NCBI GenBank assembly: GCA_051942245.1
Contig: JAVECL010000023.1
Coordinates: 1 to 64,000, forward strand
Reading direction: 5' to 3'
DNA from: Trypethelium eluteriae
Lineage: Eukaryota
Length of the DNA stretch: 64,000 bases
Shown in pieces: positions 36,375 through 49,841 of this stretch (positions within the stretch are counted from its first letter, which is position 1; the number at the start of each line of letters is the position of its first letter). Both the position numbers and the translations under genes were made by a program. The notes beneath the pieces are model-generated. The model was given only the letters and a program-made list of their open reading frames with translations, had not been told where the DNA came from and made no database searches.

Positions 36375-38672
36375 TTACTCGTGACGGTATGTTGGCAGAG
36401 CGTTTGGCATGAAAATCTTGGGAGAAGTTGGGTTGGCGCCCAGAGAATGGCTTCTGGTGTCTCCCAAAAGATGTCCATTGGCCTGGCTTACTGGAGCGTC
36501 TCCGCCCAGAAGGGAATATTGATACTGTTTATCCACATATGGCGAAAAGTGATCTGTTGCCATGCTAAGCTCAGTGGAAGCTGACAGTTGTGATGTCGCC
36601 CTGTTAGAATCCATGGCGAACGTGGTCGCGGCAGAGGCGCAAATATCGTCGCTGATAGATGACGAGTTTGAGTAGTACGGCATCCGAGACTCCGGAAATG
36701 AAGACGAGCCCACCGTAGACACACCATAAGTGGATGGCTGTGTTAAAAGAGGCCAGGGAAGACCACAATGATTTCCGCGTTGATTCGCAACGTTGGGTGT
36801 GTAGGGAGAATTTTCCATCGGTGCGTTGAGATATTCTGGTACCAAAGTGAGGTTGTGTTGGGAGCTGAATCTCTCAGAAGTTAAGCTGGAGAAAGGCGGA
36901 CGTGTGACCTGAATTTGATGAGCGTCCATCGGAAATCCTGGAGGTGGAGGGCTGCCTGCTTTGTGTACGTTGTCAGAGATGCCATAGGCAAGGTGGCTAG
37001 CTGGTCCATTGGAAAATACATGAGGGCGTATTTCTGCAAGTTCCTCTGGATTGCCTTCTATTTTGGGACCAGTGTTCTTTGATGTCGCTCGCGATCCACG
37101 TCTTCCGATTGCATCAGAGTAGTCAACGAGCACTTCTTCAACTTTAGGAGAAGCCATAAAGTTGTCTTCTGCCTCGCTGCTCCTACGGCTGGTAGACTTC
37201 TTGAATGCTTTGCTTGCCTTGCCCTTCGTTCTGGCCCCACCACGGCGCCTCTTTCGTCCTTTAACATCATAATCTGTAACACACATGAAGGCGCAGCCGT
37301 CTACACATAAATTCATCAACAGGGCTCTTGATATCGCGATGATGTTTTGTGAGAGGCGACTTACGCTGACCATTTTCAAGATTCTCCTCTTCATGTCTTG
37401 CAACATTGTAAAACTCCTTCAGGACTCTATGCCGGAACTCTATGTCTTCTGAAGTGTCCTGATCCCTATATCGGAGCTTTACAGTCTTTGTCGAATTTTC
37501 TAGCATATTCGTCCAGCTTGACTCCTTACTTTCCTCCCAATTCTTCACTCCTTTATCCCGCAGGCGAATTAGGTGTTGGGCCAGGTGCATACGATCTGGA
37601 GATCAATCAACGCTTGCAGGCAAGAAGGGAATTAAACTCGTCTTACGCACCCTTTTTCGATGAATGGTCTGGCTCCTTATGCTTGCACTGTCCTATTGGC
37701 CACCACTCAGGCACCGGCGGCCTCTCGTGCTCCTTCTTATGTACTCTTCGCCATTCTGGGTTGGAAGCAACGTATGGATGAGTTGTTTGCTTTCTTGGGC
37801 ATATCCTGTCGATCCATTTCTTTAGGATTGCTTTGACGCCAAGTTGTGTTAGATTCTCTAATCTGCGCTCAAAGTATTCTGTCACCTGTTTATTATCCCG
37901 CAAATCGAGGGAGATGTACCGGTTGCTATTGACTTGTGCCTTCTGGCCTTCCTCTCCGCTTGTGACCCCGTCTGTACATTCAGAGGGAGTTCCGGGCTTT
38001 AGTAACCCTTCTTCACACCAGCGCATTCTCTTGGGGGGAACCTGCTGTAGGACATTCGTTTTTGATGCACGCTTCAGCCCGCGTTGACGACCTTGCACTG
38101 CATCTGGAGACAATGGACTCTCGATGTCCAGGATACCGCAATCGGTGGGCGAGGAGCAAAATTCTGAAGATTCGTGACTAAAAATTGAGCCTAATTCTAT
38201 CAGTTTTGCCCTTCAAGCTATCTTTCTTGACCTACCTGGAAAGACACTGTCTTGAATAGTCTTCTTTGGGCATTGCATAAGTCGGTATTCCACACCTAGA
38301 GGAATTTCTGGCTTGAACGGTCCTTGAGGGTCAAAGCAGATGATAGGTGCATTATGAATTGCCGGATACGTTTGGAGTAGCGCGGATGAGTTCAAATCAC
38401 TGCTATACTCATCGACCGGTGAAGAACTGCTATTGGTAGATGTTTCCTGAGAAACTGATCAGCAAAAGGGGCGTTTGAATGGTCTTTCGGGAAGACATCA
38501 AAGAAGTCCTTACGAAATTGAGAGTCCTTGATGTGTCGAAAAATTGATAGTCCACTAGCGAATGACCAAAGATAGGCTCGACCTTGCGATCGCCAAAATC
38601 CGGCTGCTTTTGTAGCAGGCGAAATTGATCCTGGTCTTTCACTGTCGATGCAGCTCGATAAGAGAAGCCCAT
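36375..38672 (-). CDS. DUF2841-like fungal protein, about 5 exons
   Basis: Core LTQLGVKAILKKWIDRICPRKQTTHPY...PEWWP...CKHKEPDH. Upstream ORFs 38430-38672 and 38213-38395 and downstream ORFs join in frame through GT-AG introns. Start codon less certain. Confidence 0.7.
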
Positions 38673-41272
38673 CTCATCTAATAGGGGTCGGGAAACGGTT
38701 TCCCTTTCAAATCAAATAATATCTTTGAGAAGGACGAGTTCTTAGATGCCGGACTTTCTTATGGGCTAGAAACCGTATACTATTGACATTAGAATGACGC
38801 CCATCAACCTAAAACGTAAATAGCTGACTTACAGTACTTGTGAAGGCACAGGCCCACAAAGAGACGACGCAGACTTGAAGACTCCAGTGCCTGCTGAATG
38901 GCGACCACTACCGAATTCATAGACCCCTCTAGTCTTGCCAGAGGTTGTGCTATGCAATAGAAGGTCGAGTTGCGAGTTCCAACCCAGAAGTACAAAGAGA
39001 CAAATGAGCCTCCTTTAGAAACCACAGAGATAGGGATAATCTCGATGCGTCGTGCGGCACTCCTATGCTGTATAGACTTTATAGCATGTGCAGGCAAGTG
39101 CAACTTCTAGTTGCAGCTCCGCAAGATTCAGTCCGGATTATAAAAGCGCAGTGGCGAAGCGGGGGGGATGTTTGAATCTGACAACGAACGGAGGTCTGAA
39201 AGGGCCATGCGAGACCTTTTAAATTGCCTCGCTGCACTGGGAGGGCGACGGATAAAGTTCAATTTAATGCCTGTGATTTGACAACTGGGGTCGCTAAGTG
39301 GTAGCGCCTTCGCATGGCAATGAGACGTTATCACAAACGTCAGAACTCCTCTCGAGACTCGCTGTCAAAGGGATCTATTCGAAAGCCGTCGCCCCATCTT
39401 CCGTATCGGGATATAACTGCAGTCTCAAGGTCGGCACACAGCTACGGTGGTTGCTAGACTCATGCGTAGCCCAGGTGTTCAACCCACAGCTCGCTAGCCT
39501 CATGACTGCATGCCAGGACATCGATTTCCAATCGAAGTAAGCTTTTTCAGCGGCTCGGTACTGCCGTCAAACCGAAATGATGAAGCAAACGATGCGGAGA
39601 TAGACACTGGGTCTAGTGTGGAAGAATTTGCAACACTGAGCAAGGTGGTGTTCTGGTAGAGGAGAGCGGCGAGTTCGACAGCCCCAGCATACACCTGCGT
39701 GACGCAAATCATACCCCAGACGACTCCTGTCTGTACGACTTTAGACTACCTATCGGACTTTGATTGTGGAACATCTTCCCGTTATTGAATTCTCCATAAA
39801 AGATGTTTTGTAAAAAGGTAAAGTACAGTAGCTAATGTCAAGAGCTCGGCGCAGACAGGCTTTGACAAAGTATTCGAAGTTGACTTTGGTGCGCGCACGC
39901 TTTGTTTACAACTCTCGATCTGGTCCTGCTCTGTTTCAACCTGAAAAGGACTACCGGACGAGAAAGCATGCCTACCGGCTAAAGGTACAGCTCATGAAAG
40001 ACCCGGCTTCCAGGTCAGCACCATCAGCCAAGCGGGAGATCAGCAGTGAACAACGTACGCCGGGACTCCCCTGGAGAATTAGCTTAGCCGCTTCTCATCC
40101 ACATGTGGTCCATCCCTGATGGAGCTCTATGACAGGAGAATCGGTGCGTAATGACTTGCGTTTCCTGGCAACCCTGCGGCAACATATTCCAGTGCTTCTC
40201 AAAACGGCACCGAGCTTCTCCAAGCGAGGGCAGGGAATCGCGTCATAGGTCGCCGTTTGTGTTGGCCTAGAGTATCCAGTGGGCGCGCGTCCCGTCTTCC
40301 CCTACGTGCGATTTTTTCATGTTCAGTCGATCAAAGCCATGCGGCTAGAGGTACAATTCTCACCCTCCACGAGTAAAAACCTATCCTCGGATGCGCGAAG
40401 TGGAGATAACGACGGGAACGCGCGATGCACGTTGACTTCGCGTACAGACCACAATAGTATCTGCCAATTCTATTTTATCCTCGAGTACGGAGTACTACCT
40501 ACAGAAACTCGCTCTTAGTCACGAGGATCGCATCTATTACAAGGCATCGTTGAGAGTTTTAAGGCCCGTACAAATGTGATTCCCGTCATAAAACAGGCCA
40601 AATGCCCTGGCAGATGCATCTATGGCAACAGAATAGCATGGCCCACAATCATCTGCATGGGTTCGGAGTCTGTAAGCTTGGAAGCAAGCGCTCAATGCAA
40701 TGCATCTGGGGAATTTTTACGAGCGACCGTTGACTTTTGGAAACATTGCTGACTGACTTGACCCCATAAACCCTTGTGACTTTTTCTGGCAGCTGCAATA
40801 CCATATCGCAGGAACTAGATCTCACAGACTCTACCCTGACGCTTAGACCTGAATTCTAAACTGCAAGGCTCACTGTCATCCATGATGGAGTTCGACGCAG
40901 ACCCCGCAAGGCCGCGTATCGTTAGACGGCTGTGGTAGTACGACTAGTAGATGTCAGTTAGGGTGTATGCCGCAGTTAATCGAAACCCGGAAAAAGTGGC
41001 GAAACCCTGACAAGTACTACATTTTACTACAAAGGTACGTTTGTACAGCATCATGGTCTTCATTCGGCTCTCGTCGAAGTTCATGTGGTTCTAGATGAGC
41101 TCTCTTCAAGGACTAGACAAGGGTTACCTGCCCACAGGCGATACGAGATGAAGAATGGTGAAGGGGATTGGAAAATTTGTAATCAAAAAGCAATCGGACT
41201 TGGGAGCAGCCACTGCTTGCTTACTCTGAGACGCCGTACTAGTCTATACCTATACCCATACACTTTTTGTCC

Positions 41273-44200
41273 TTAATCAGTTTTCCTGCCATGAGAGCCG
41301 GGCTCTTGTGAATCCTCTACCCCAGCCTCGCTGTCCTCTCCACCATTTACAGCTCCCAAGAGACCACTCTCTCGCACTAGTTCCCAGAACAAACCTCTGC
41401 TCTGCACTAGACGTTCCGGTGTATCAAATTCCCTCACTTCGCCCTTGTCCAACACCAACACCCTATCCGAGTCCAGAATTGTATTGATACGGTGTGCAAT
41501 TGTGATGATCGTGCGATTTCGGAATTGCTGGCTGCGCAGGGTTTGCTGAAGCATCGCATCTGTCTGGATATCCACCGCTGCAGTCGCTTCATCGAGGACG
41601 AGGATGTTTGACGGGGTGAGAAGGGCGCGGGCGAGGGACACGAGTTGGCGTTGACCTTGAGATAGATTGGAGCCGCCTTCGTTGATACGGGTGTCGAGCT
41701 TGGAAGGCATACGTGCAACATACTCCTTGAGCCGCGCATGTTCTATGGGGTGTCAATAACGCTTGCTGAAGACGAGGGTTTACAAGGACACCGAGTACTT
41801 ACCTAGGACACTCCAGAGCTCTGTGTCGTCGTGTACATGCGCCGGATCTAGATTATCTCTTAGGGAGCCCTCGAATAAGGCCGCGTCTTGTGGAATAATC
41901 GCGAGTCGCCGTCTCAAATCCCATAAGCCAATTTTCGTCGTATCTAGATCATCAATGCAGATCACGCCCTCTGCTGGTTCAATCACTCGGAACAGTGCAA
42001 GCGTCAAGCTACTCTTGCCTGCACCAGTGCGTCCGACAACGCCGATCTTTTCCCTGGATCGGATTTTGAGATTGATGTTCTTGAGTACTAGATCTAGGCC
42101 AGGGCGATATCTTGTGCTGTAATGGTCGAAGTTCACCTCTCCGTGCGCGGGCCATGAGATCGGAGGCCGGTTTTTGCTGATGACTTCTGGAGCTTCGCTT
42201 GGTAGTCGCGCATACTCGAGCACGCGCTCTACGCTGACGATATTTGTCTCTACCTCAACTGTCTGTCTCACAATCCAGTTGAGGCTCTGCGTAATCTGCA
42301 GCGCATAACTCATGGCAAGGCCCACTAGCCCGGCAGAAGGTCCATTACCAGTACTCACCGCAATAATGGAGAGACCTGCACTAGCGAGGATGATGACGCT
42401 GCCAATAAATTCCAGTCGTACTGCTAACCATCGATTAGCAGTAGTACTGGGGTAGTATGCGCGCAAGTTTGCATCCACACGCCATTCATTATCACTGGCA
42501 AAGCGACCTTGTTGGCGGTAAGCACGGATTGTGGAGATACCAGACAAGGACTCCTGAAATTGTGCGTAGATCGGAGAACGAGTTACGGAGTCCAGGCGTT
42601 TGAGTTCGCGTGATGTACGTAGGTAGTAACGTTGGATGTATAGATACAATCCACCGAGTGGGAGGATAAGGGCAACAAAGATAGGAGTCGACGTAGAGAT
42701 GACAACGAGGGTGAATGCAGCTATTGGTGGCCAAGGCAGAATAGTCAGCTGCAGTCCGACAACAAGGCCTCTCAATCCACGAGCCTATGGTTGGGCAAGG
42801 TCGGGAAGACTCAAGCTACGTACCTCTTGCAGAATTGACAAAGAGCATGTTGAAAGTGCGCCTGTAAATTGATTAGCTGCATGGTCCAGCGGAGTAAGGC
42901 CCGAAGATTTGGTTGACTTACGCAAGGACTTCATCTACCTTGTAGATGTCACTAAAGTAGTGCAACAATTAGCATTCTGCTGTCCGACCCGGAAGCGGGG
43001 AACAAAAGGCCGTTGGCCAGGTCCTCCTTGCCTCGCCGCGTCAAAAAACGTGGTAGATGCATCGAAACACCTAGAGCAGGGGCACAAAGCACTACGTGAA
43101 ATGAACAAGTGTGCTGCGGTAGAATGCATGGCCACGTCACGATTCAGGGTTGAAATGAAATAGGATTGGCAAAAAAGGAAAGCGAAGGCGTGCAAGTCTA
43201 GAAGAGCGCTTACCTGGAAAATCGATTCAAGATACGACCTGCAGGCGTCGTCTCGAAGAATCTCATTGGTGATCGAAAAATAGCGAAAGCCATGCGTTCA
43301 TGAAGCTTGCGGGATGCCTAGACGGGCCGATATACGTTAGTTCGACTAGCCGACCTCCACGCGAAGCCACTCCGCATGATGGTGTAACAGATCTCGGAGC
43401 AAGGCTCTACTCGCCAACGATCTTCGAAGTACGTACCTCAATACTGCAGAAGATCCAGAGAATCAATGTTTGCACAACGACTAGGGCTGCAGATCCAATC
43501 CCAAAGGCGAAGTAAATTCCGATGTACTTTCCCACCTGTGGGTTTCTTCCGTATTTGGCGTTGACCTCAGACCAGTGCTTGAGCCACACACTACCTCCTA
43601 CACATTTGAGTCAGTATCGGCATAGGAGGGTTTGTTCCTCATTTGGTGGTAGGCACTGTACCGATCTGAGCAGATTGAGCAAGGACCAACATCAGAAGAT
43701 ACACTCCCACAGCTGCTAGATTACTGGTCTTAGCGTATTGACCATAGACATCCCACTTGACTTTTCCTTGCTCCACAAATTCTTTCGATTGTTTCGTCTT
43801 TGCAGTACCTTCGCCAGGGCCTGTTTCTTCATCTGTCAATTTCCCGCGGGGACCGCGGAAGCTTGCCGTACTTGCGCGTCGCAGCGTCATTCCAGAGGTT
43901 TTGCGTGCGGGTCCTGCGCCGGGACGAATTGGTGCAAGTTGTGTCAGGCCTTCTTGCGCTTCATCGGCTGCCTCCTCTTCCGAATTCGGGCCAGTACCGA
44001 AGACGGTAGCAGAATCGTCGCTTCCTGAGGATTCGGTGGTACTCTCGGATCCCTTACTCTCCTCCTCGCCTTGATCTTCGTTACTTGCTGTCTTGATCAG
44101 GTTGGCGATCTCACCCTTCATGGCCATCAACTGTTCATAAGTGCCCCGCTCCATGATCCGACCCTCTCGGATGAGCACGACATAGTTGGCTTCCAGAAGT

Positions 44201-46712
44201 ACTGGAATCGAATTCGTGGCCAGGACCCTTGTTTTCGATGCTAGAAGACCCTTAGAACCGAGAACGTTGTCAATGATATGGCGTCCCACGTGTTGGTCGA
44301 CCGCAGATAGGACGTCGTCGAGAAGGTAGATGTCGGAGCGGGCATAAACAGCTCTGGCAAGTGTCAAACGAGCCTTTTGCCCGCCAGAGAGTGAGATACC
44401 TCGCTCCCCCACTTGTGTTTGATCACCATCTGGCAATGACGAGAAGTCCTCGGCCAGAGCGCAAGCCTTCACTGTTTTGTCGTAGAAACTTGGATCCCAG
44501 CGATGGCCAAATACAATGTTCTCTCTGACCGAGGCATTCATCACCCAAGGGGATTGCGCAACGTATGAAATGGTACCCCGAACAATAACTTCGCCCCTAT
44601 ACTTCCAAAGATCTCCGAGTATGCTCCCAAGGAATGAAGATTTTCCCTCTCCTACGCGGCCCACGATGCAAGAAAGTTCTCCCTTGTGGGCTGAGAAGTT
44701 GATATCTTCCAGAACATTCTGCTTTTCTTCTTTATTCCACGTGAAAGTCCCATCGCGAATAGTAACAGATTCATCGCCAGGGTTCTGTACGGGCACGTCT
44801 CTAACAACGGCATCAGATTGCAATTCTTCTGCAGTGAAATAGCTGGTCAGCCGTCCCACCGCCACACTGGCCTCGATAATCGAAGTTATGACAATTGGCA
44901 AGACAGCGAGGGGAAAGTTAAGAAGATTGAATAGCGTAAGGGCGGGGAAGACGATCTCTGTGGTCAGAGGCCTATTTGTCGTCATGACGTAGACTGCAAA
45001 CGTGGATACCGAAACAAGAAAAGGCGTTGTCGACCATGTGAAATTAGCGAAGGCTTGCGCAGCACCGATTTTACGAAGCGTTCGCAATTCGAGATCGTTG
45101 CGTATATGGGTCAGCTTGTTTATGAAAGCTGTCGTCCAGGCATATAACTTGATGGACTTCATGTTATTTAAGATTTCTGTCATTAACCGTGTTCTCGAAT
45201 CTTTGTTTGCCATCTGTTCCTTTTGTAATTTTTTCATGATTCGTGCGATGACACCATTCACTGGCACCATCGCAATCATTGCTCCAACTCCAGCAAGCAT
45301 GCTCCAGCCCAGAAGCTGATAGAGTGAAGCCATGCAGAGGACGATTTGGAGAGGTGCTGACCACAGCATTTGACCGTATTGCGACAGATCTTGAAGCCTC
45401 TGAGTATCAACTGCCATGTAATTGACGATATCACCCGTAGATTTGGCAGCCCGACCTTCGTTGGATAGACGCATCGCCTTCGAATACGTCGTAGCAACCA
45501 AGGAAGCCCTGATCCGCATACCGGTCTCAAAGGCGCGTTGGAAGTATTGATGTATGCACACGGTTTGGCACACAGATACTGCGAACATTGCGAGTGCTAT
45601 AGCAGCACCACGTATGGCGGGCTGGGGATCGTCGGTATTGTAGGAGTCAACAAAAGAGATGAGTAATCTGAGTAACTGCGGTTGAACGAAGTTCAGGACG
45701 TCACCAACGGTCTTGAAGCAGGCGCCTGCGAAATATGGACCACCAAAGGAACGAAACATAGCAATCCACAACGATGGACGTCGTTTGTCAAGTTCTTTAC
45801 TCCAGGCGCTCTGAAATGTCTTTGAGGCTTCTTTGGTGGTATCAGATCTTCGAAGATTCCACAAATCATCTTCTGTGAGGAATTCTTTGTACCCATATCT
45901 CATCATTGGAGTCATCCAGCCAAATGTGAGAACTGAGAAGATGTTGGCGTATTCATATGGGCATTCTGTTTCGTCGCCTAGCGCATCGTAATCGCTGACT
46001 CGTTTCGGTATCAGCCATTCCAAGACCAGTTCAGCGGCAGCCAAGCCGACGCTAGCACAGAATATGGCAAAGTACGCAGTATGCGTCTTGTGCAATTGTT
46101 GCGAGACGAGGGATCGTAGTTTGACAGCAAAAGCAATCAGCAAGAATAGCCAGTAAAAGAGGACCACACCATTTGGATACCGTGCCCGCCAATGCTCGAC
46201 ATATTGTACAGAAGAGATAATGCAGAGGGATAGAATTGTCAAGATCGTCGTCCAGAACCTGAAGTCACCAAGTGTGATCTTTCCGAAAGAGTGTATTTGC
46301 AGTATGGCTTGAGCGACTTGTGATGCCAGGAGGAATGCGATTACGGCCTGTGGTATCAAATGAAATTAGCTCCGCCAATGCGCTGTTACTGTCTAATCTT
46401 GCGACTGACCAATTTGGCCCAGAAATGCCAGTTCCTCTTCACAGATTGTGGGGAATGTTTCTTGAACAAATACCAGAGTGCTCCCAAGCCTCCCACAATG
46501 CCACCGAAAGCAACAATGGATATCCAGACGTCTAAGAAGCAGGGAGTGAAGTCATATCTGAAGGGACTTAGGGGCCCCCATCCTTCCGGGTTACCGCATA
46601 GCGGCTGTCGTCCTGTTGCGCTTGTATCGAGGTATGAAGAGATGCGTAGCGAGGGGAGAAGAACGTCGCTGGCTTCGAATAATCGTAGCTGTGGTAGCTC
46701 TTCGGGGCTCAT
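41273..46712 (-). CDS. YCF1: ABCC/MRP vacuolar glutathione-conjugate transporter, Ycf1-like, about 8 exons
   Basis: TMD0 start [13 protein letters not shown]1 GRVGEGKSS and LSGGQ; regulatory linker [13 protein letters not shown]2 [20 protein letters not shown]; includes 30-nt and 38-nt exons. Confidence 0.92.
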
Positions 46713-47515
46713 CGGTGACGATGAGAGCTCAGAAATCCTCCTCTGAGATTTGAGGGTGAATATCCGAGTAAAGTGCTTGGCCGTGAGAACGATAGGCGGT
46801 GAACTTAAGAGTCATCTTGTCTTCCATATCAAAAGTTCACTCTGGGCGCCACTGCGCTCCTCGGCAAGTCGGTGTTAATCTAGCCCGCCGCGGGTCGCCC
46901 CACCGCGCACTCCGGGAGAACACGTCGCTAACAAATCACGAACTCTGCGGAAGAGAATACTGATTATCAATCGAATTGCGATATCAAAAGGATGAGGCTA
47001 CAGGTTAATACACTTTGCCGAGACAAAAAGATGATCTAGATCATACTTCAGATACGCGAGAAGGCAGTTCCAGCAAATTTGAGACGCACTCCATTGCCTT
47101 TCTGGTTCCTGACGAAGCTTTCCTCAAGGATCTACAAAGTCATTGGGTCTTCAAAATGAATATCAGATTCCTGGGAAAGGGTGCTGATGGCTAGACTAGT
47201 TACATCGCTGCCAGATTACTAGATGATTTATTGATGATCGATATATTGCGTTACACAAAGACCTGCAGTTACGCTGCTACTGCTAGGCTTTCTGAAGCAT
47301 GTATCACTTCAATCCATGTATCATAGCCTTCATTGTTCTCTCATCGGTAGACGTTATGCAAGTGGTGGTCTCCAACATGGAGTCTCAAGCCTTCGTCAAA
47401 CTTGACTGTTCCAAAGCAGTTCGTGGAACATCTAAGCGTCGACAGGTTCGTCATGGACAAATCCTATGATACCTGCAATATGTGCCCACCAGCTATCACA
47501 GGGAACCCATGCTCA

Positions 47516-48825
47516 CTACACTTCTTCTAAGTGCGCTCCTGACAGATGAGCGACCTTGATGTGCGATTCTTGGGGTATAATTGGCTGTTCGTCGCTACAT
47601 CTACCGTGGAAAGAGTCGTACTGAGACATATCATTTCCTCCTCGGATAAAGGTTCGCATTCCACTCAAGGTAGCAGTCGGGATAGACGGTAAGCCCTCCC
47701 TACCATGACTAGCCTGGGACTGTTTGCTTGGTCGTATCTGGCGAGTAAAGTTGTTATACCACGGCTTCCGAGTTTTGGAGTTGCCCGCTCGTGATCCATC
47801 CGATGCAAAAACCGATCGAAACGCGGTCAACGAGACCATCGTAATTGCAAAGCAGGCTTCCATCTGTTGCCAGAAAAAGTTCCAAGTCAAATCCGAACTG
47901 CCATTCACTAACGGTCCGGATACTCGAACAATAGCAGTAATAGCCATAGAGACCTGCAAGCAGAGGAAAAGGGCTAATCCAAGCTTGCGTTTGGGTTTCA
48001 TTTTCACCACCCATATCAAGTATACGGGTATAGCCACAACTACCGAAGTCAGTATCTACAAGAGCGGTAGCTTGTAGGAGGTACTTACTCATGAGGTCTG
48101 TAAGAATATCGACAGTTATTGTGATATAACCTATAGCCAACGAGACCCGGAGTCTGGTGCTCTGATAACACTTCACTAAGATTGGTCAATTGAAAGTGTA
48201 GAAATCGAGGCATCGTCCACAAACATACTTGTGTCCGAGCCAGTGTAGGGGCAGGTGATGAATGAAATGGCAAGACAGTATACGCTTACAACCGTAGTCG
48301 TCGCGATGGTAAAGATCCAATAAATGCGGAGTCTAGGCAATTGACGGACAAGCTGCCGAAAGAAGTAAAGGAATGCAAATTTGACAGAGATGATTGTTGC
48401 CCATGTCAACGTGATAAAGACATGGTATACAATTTGACATGTATTAAGTAATGGTAGGAAGTTGGAACCAATGACCTGAATGTTTGCTGGATTGGTCTCG
48501 ACTGATTCGATCTCATATATTGATGACACTCCCCAGGACAGTACAGCAGTAGCGGCAGTGAGGGGCATCCAACCAAATATTACAAGGCAATCGTCTATAT
48601 CAAAGCGCTTACGTTTCCGTAGCTGGATCACAGCACGGAATAGTGCAGTAGTAGTAGCAACGGCATAGAAGAGCCATATTAGGACCTAAGCCATCAGTAT
48701 GATAATTCGTGAATGTTAGACTCGATAGAGACCTTGAAGGCAACCTCATGAATACCTCCAGCGCTTCTTTCCGATTGGCTGAGCGAGCTTGTGGCCGATG
48801 ACTGGGGAGTAGATGAGGATACCAT
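47516..48825 (-). CDS. PTH11-like (fungal rhodopsin-domain) integral membrane protein, about 4 exons
   Basis: RKRFDIDDCLV, TWATIISVKFAFLYFFRQL, DILTDLM, IPVYLIWVVKMKPKRKLGL, WQQMEACFAITMVSL. Confidence 0.8.
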
Positions 48826-49805
48826 TGTTAGGTAGTCAGAAGAGCTCAGATCATATCGATTCTTCCAGCACACAAACGTGGATTGGTGAAATCAAATGAA
48901 GGTCGATTGTAACCAACAGGTGAACTATCCGAGTTGAAGTGAAATCTTGGGAGATTTATTCTCCTCATCTTCGTGTACTGTTTTCCACTGCAGTGCTCGG
49001 TGGGGGCCACGATGGGGTGATCACCCAAAAATGACGTTGGAATAAAGAGGTTGATTTAAGACTATTGAAGAGCAAGAGATCCAGGCTGAACGTCATGTTT
49101 ACCAAGCTAATAGCTTGGCTATGCAGCTACTCTAGAACCTGCGCTAGTTCCGAGTCCCTTCAGTGGGTAGATGTCTTGTCGTCCCGTTCTGTCGCGTAGG
49201 CCTATAGAGGAAGTTGACTGGCTTGAGGGGCTGCCCACACGTACAAAGCGTCTACACTCCTACCTGAGGCGGGGATGATACCACGAGTATAGATTCGCAA
49301 CCCGGACGTGAGATCTTAAATGCACTAAAAGGACTAGTGGGGATCGTCCAGATCAAGGTAACAAGAGACTGATCTATTCTTCTTCCAGTTGTTGAACGTG
49401 GGGGCCGTTCGCTAGAAAGTAGCGTCATTATGCAGTGTTTTCCACTAGTAGCTATAACTTCTTTCAGCCGCTCAGCCAAACGTACATTATTCAGATACCG
49501 TTGGGCAACGTGGATGCCAATTTGTAAGACGCCGTCTGTAGTAGCCTTACCTAGCCCGTCCAGGCACAAGATCTATCCATGCACAATGGACTTTCACATG
49601 ACGTAGCGTAGCAGTATTCTCAGGGCACCAGTCGTTACTTTTTAAGCCACCAACCTTCGACACGGAGAAGTCCTGGAGTGATTAGAGAGCTAGAGGTCAA
49701 GATGCTTCTCCAACTATACACCGGAAAAACACCAGTACGATATAACCGAAGGAGGAGCATATTTATCCATTCATTGCGGTTTTGAAGAGCGGGTTTATCA
49801 CCATA

Positions 49806-49841
49806 GTTGCGCAAGCCGTTGCGCAAGCCGTTGCGCAAGCC
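49806..49841 (+). repeat. Tandem repeat (GTTGCGCAAGCC)x3
   Basis: Three perfect 12-bp units followed by a partial ATTGCG. Confidence 0.9.

Noticed and set aside
38700..41200. Short ORFs in the 2.5-kb gap between the DUF2841-like gene and YCF1
   Set aside because: No motifs or consistent exon chain; more likely promoter, leader and 3' UTR.
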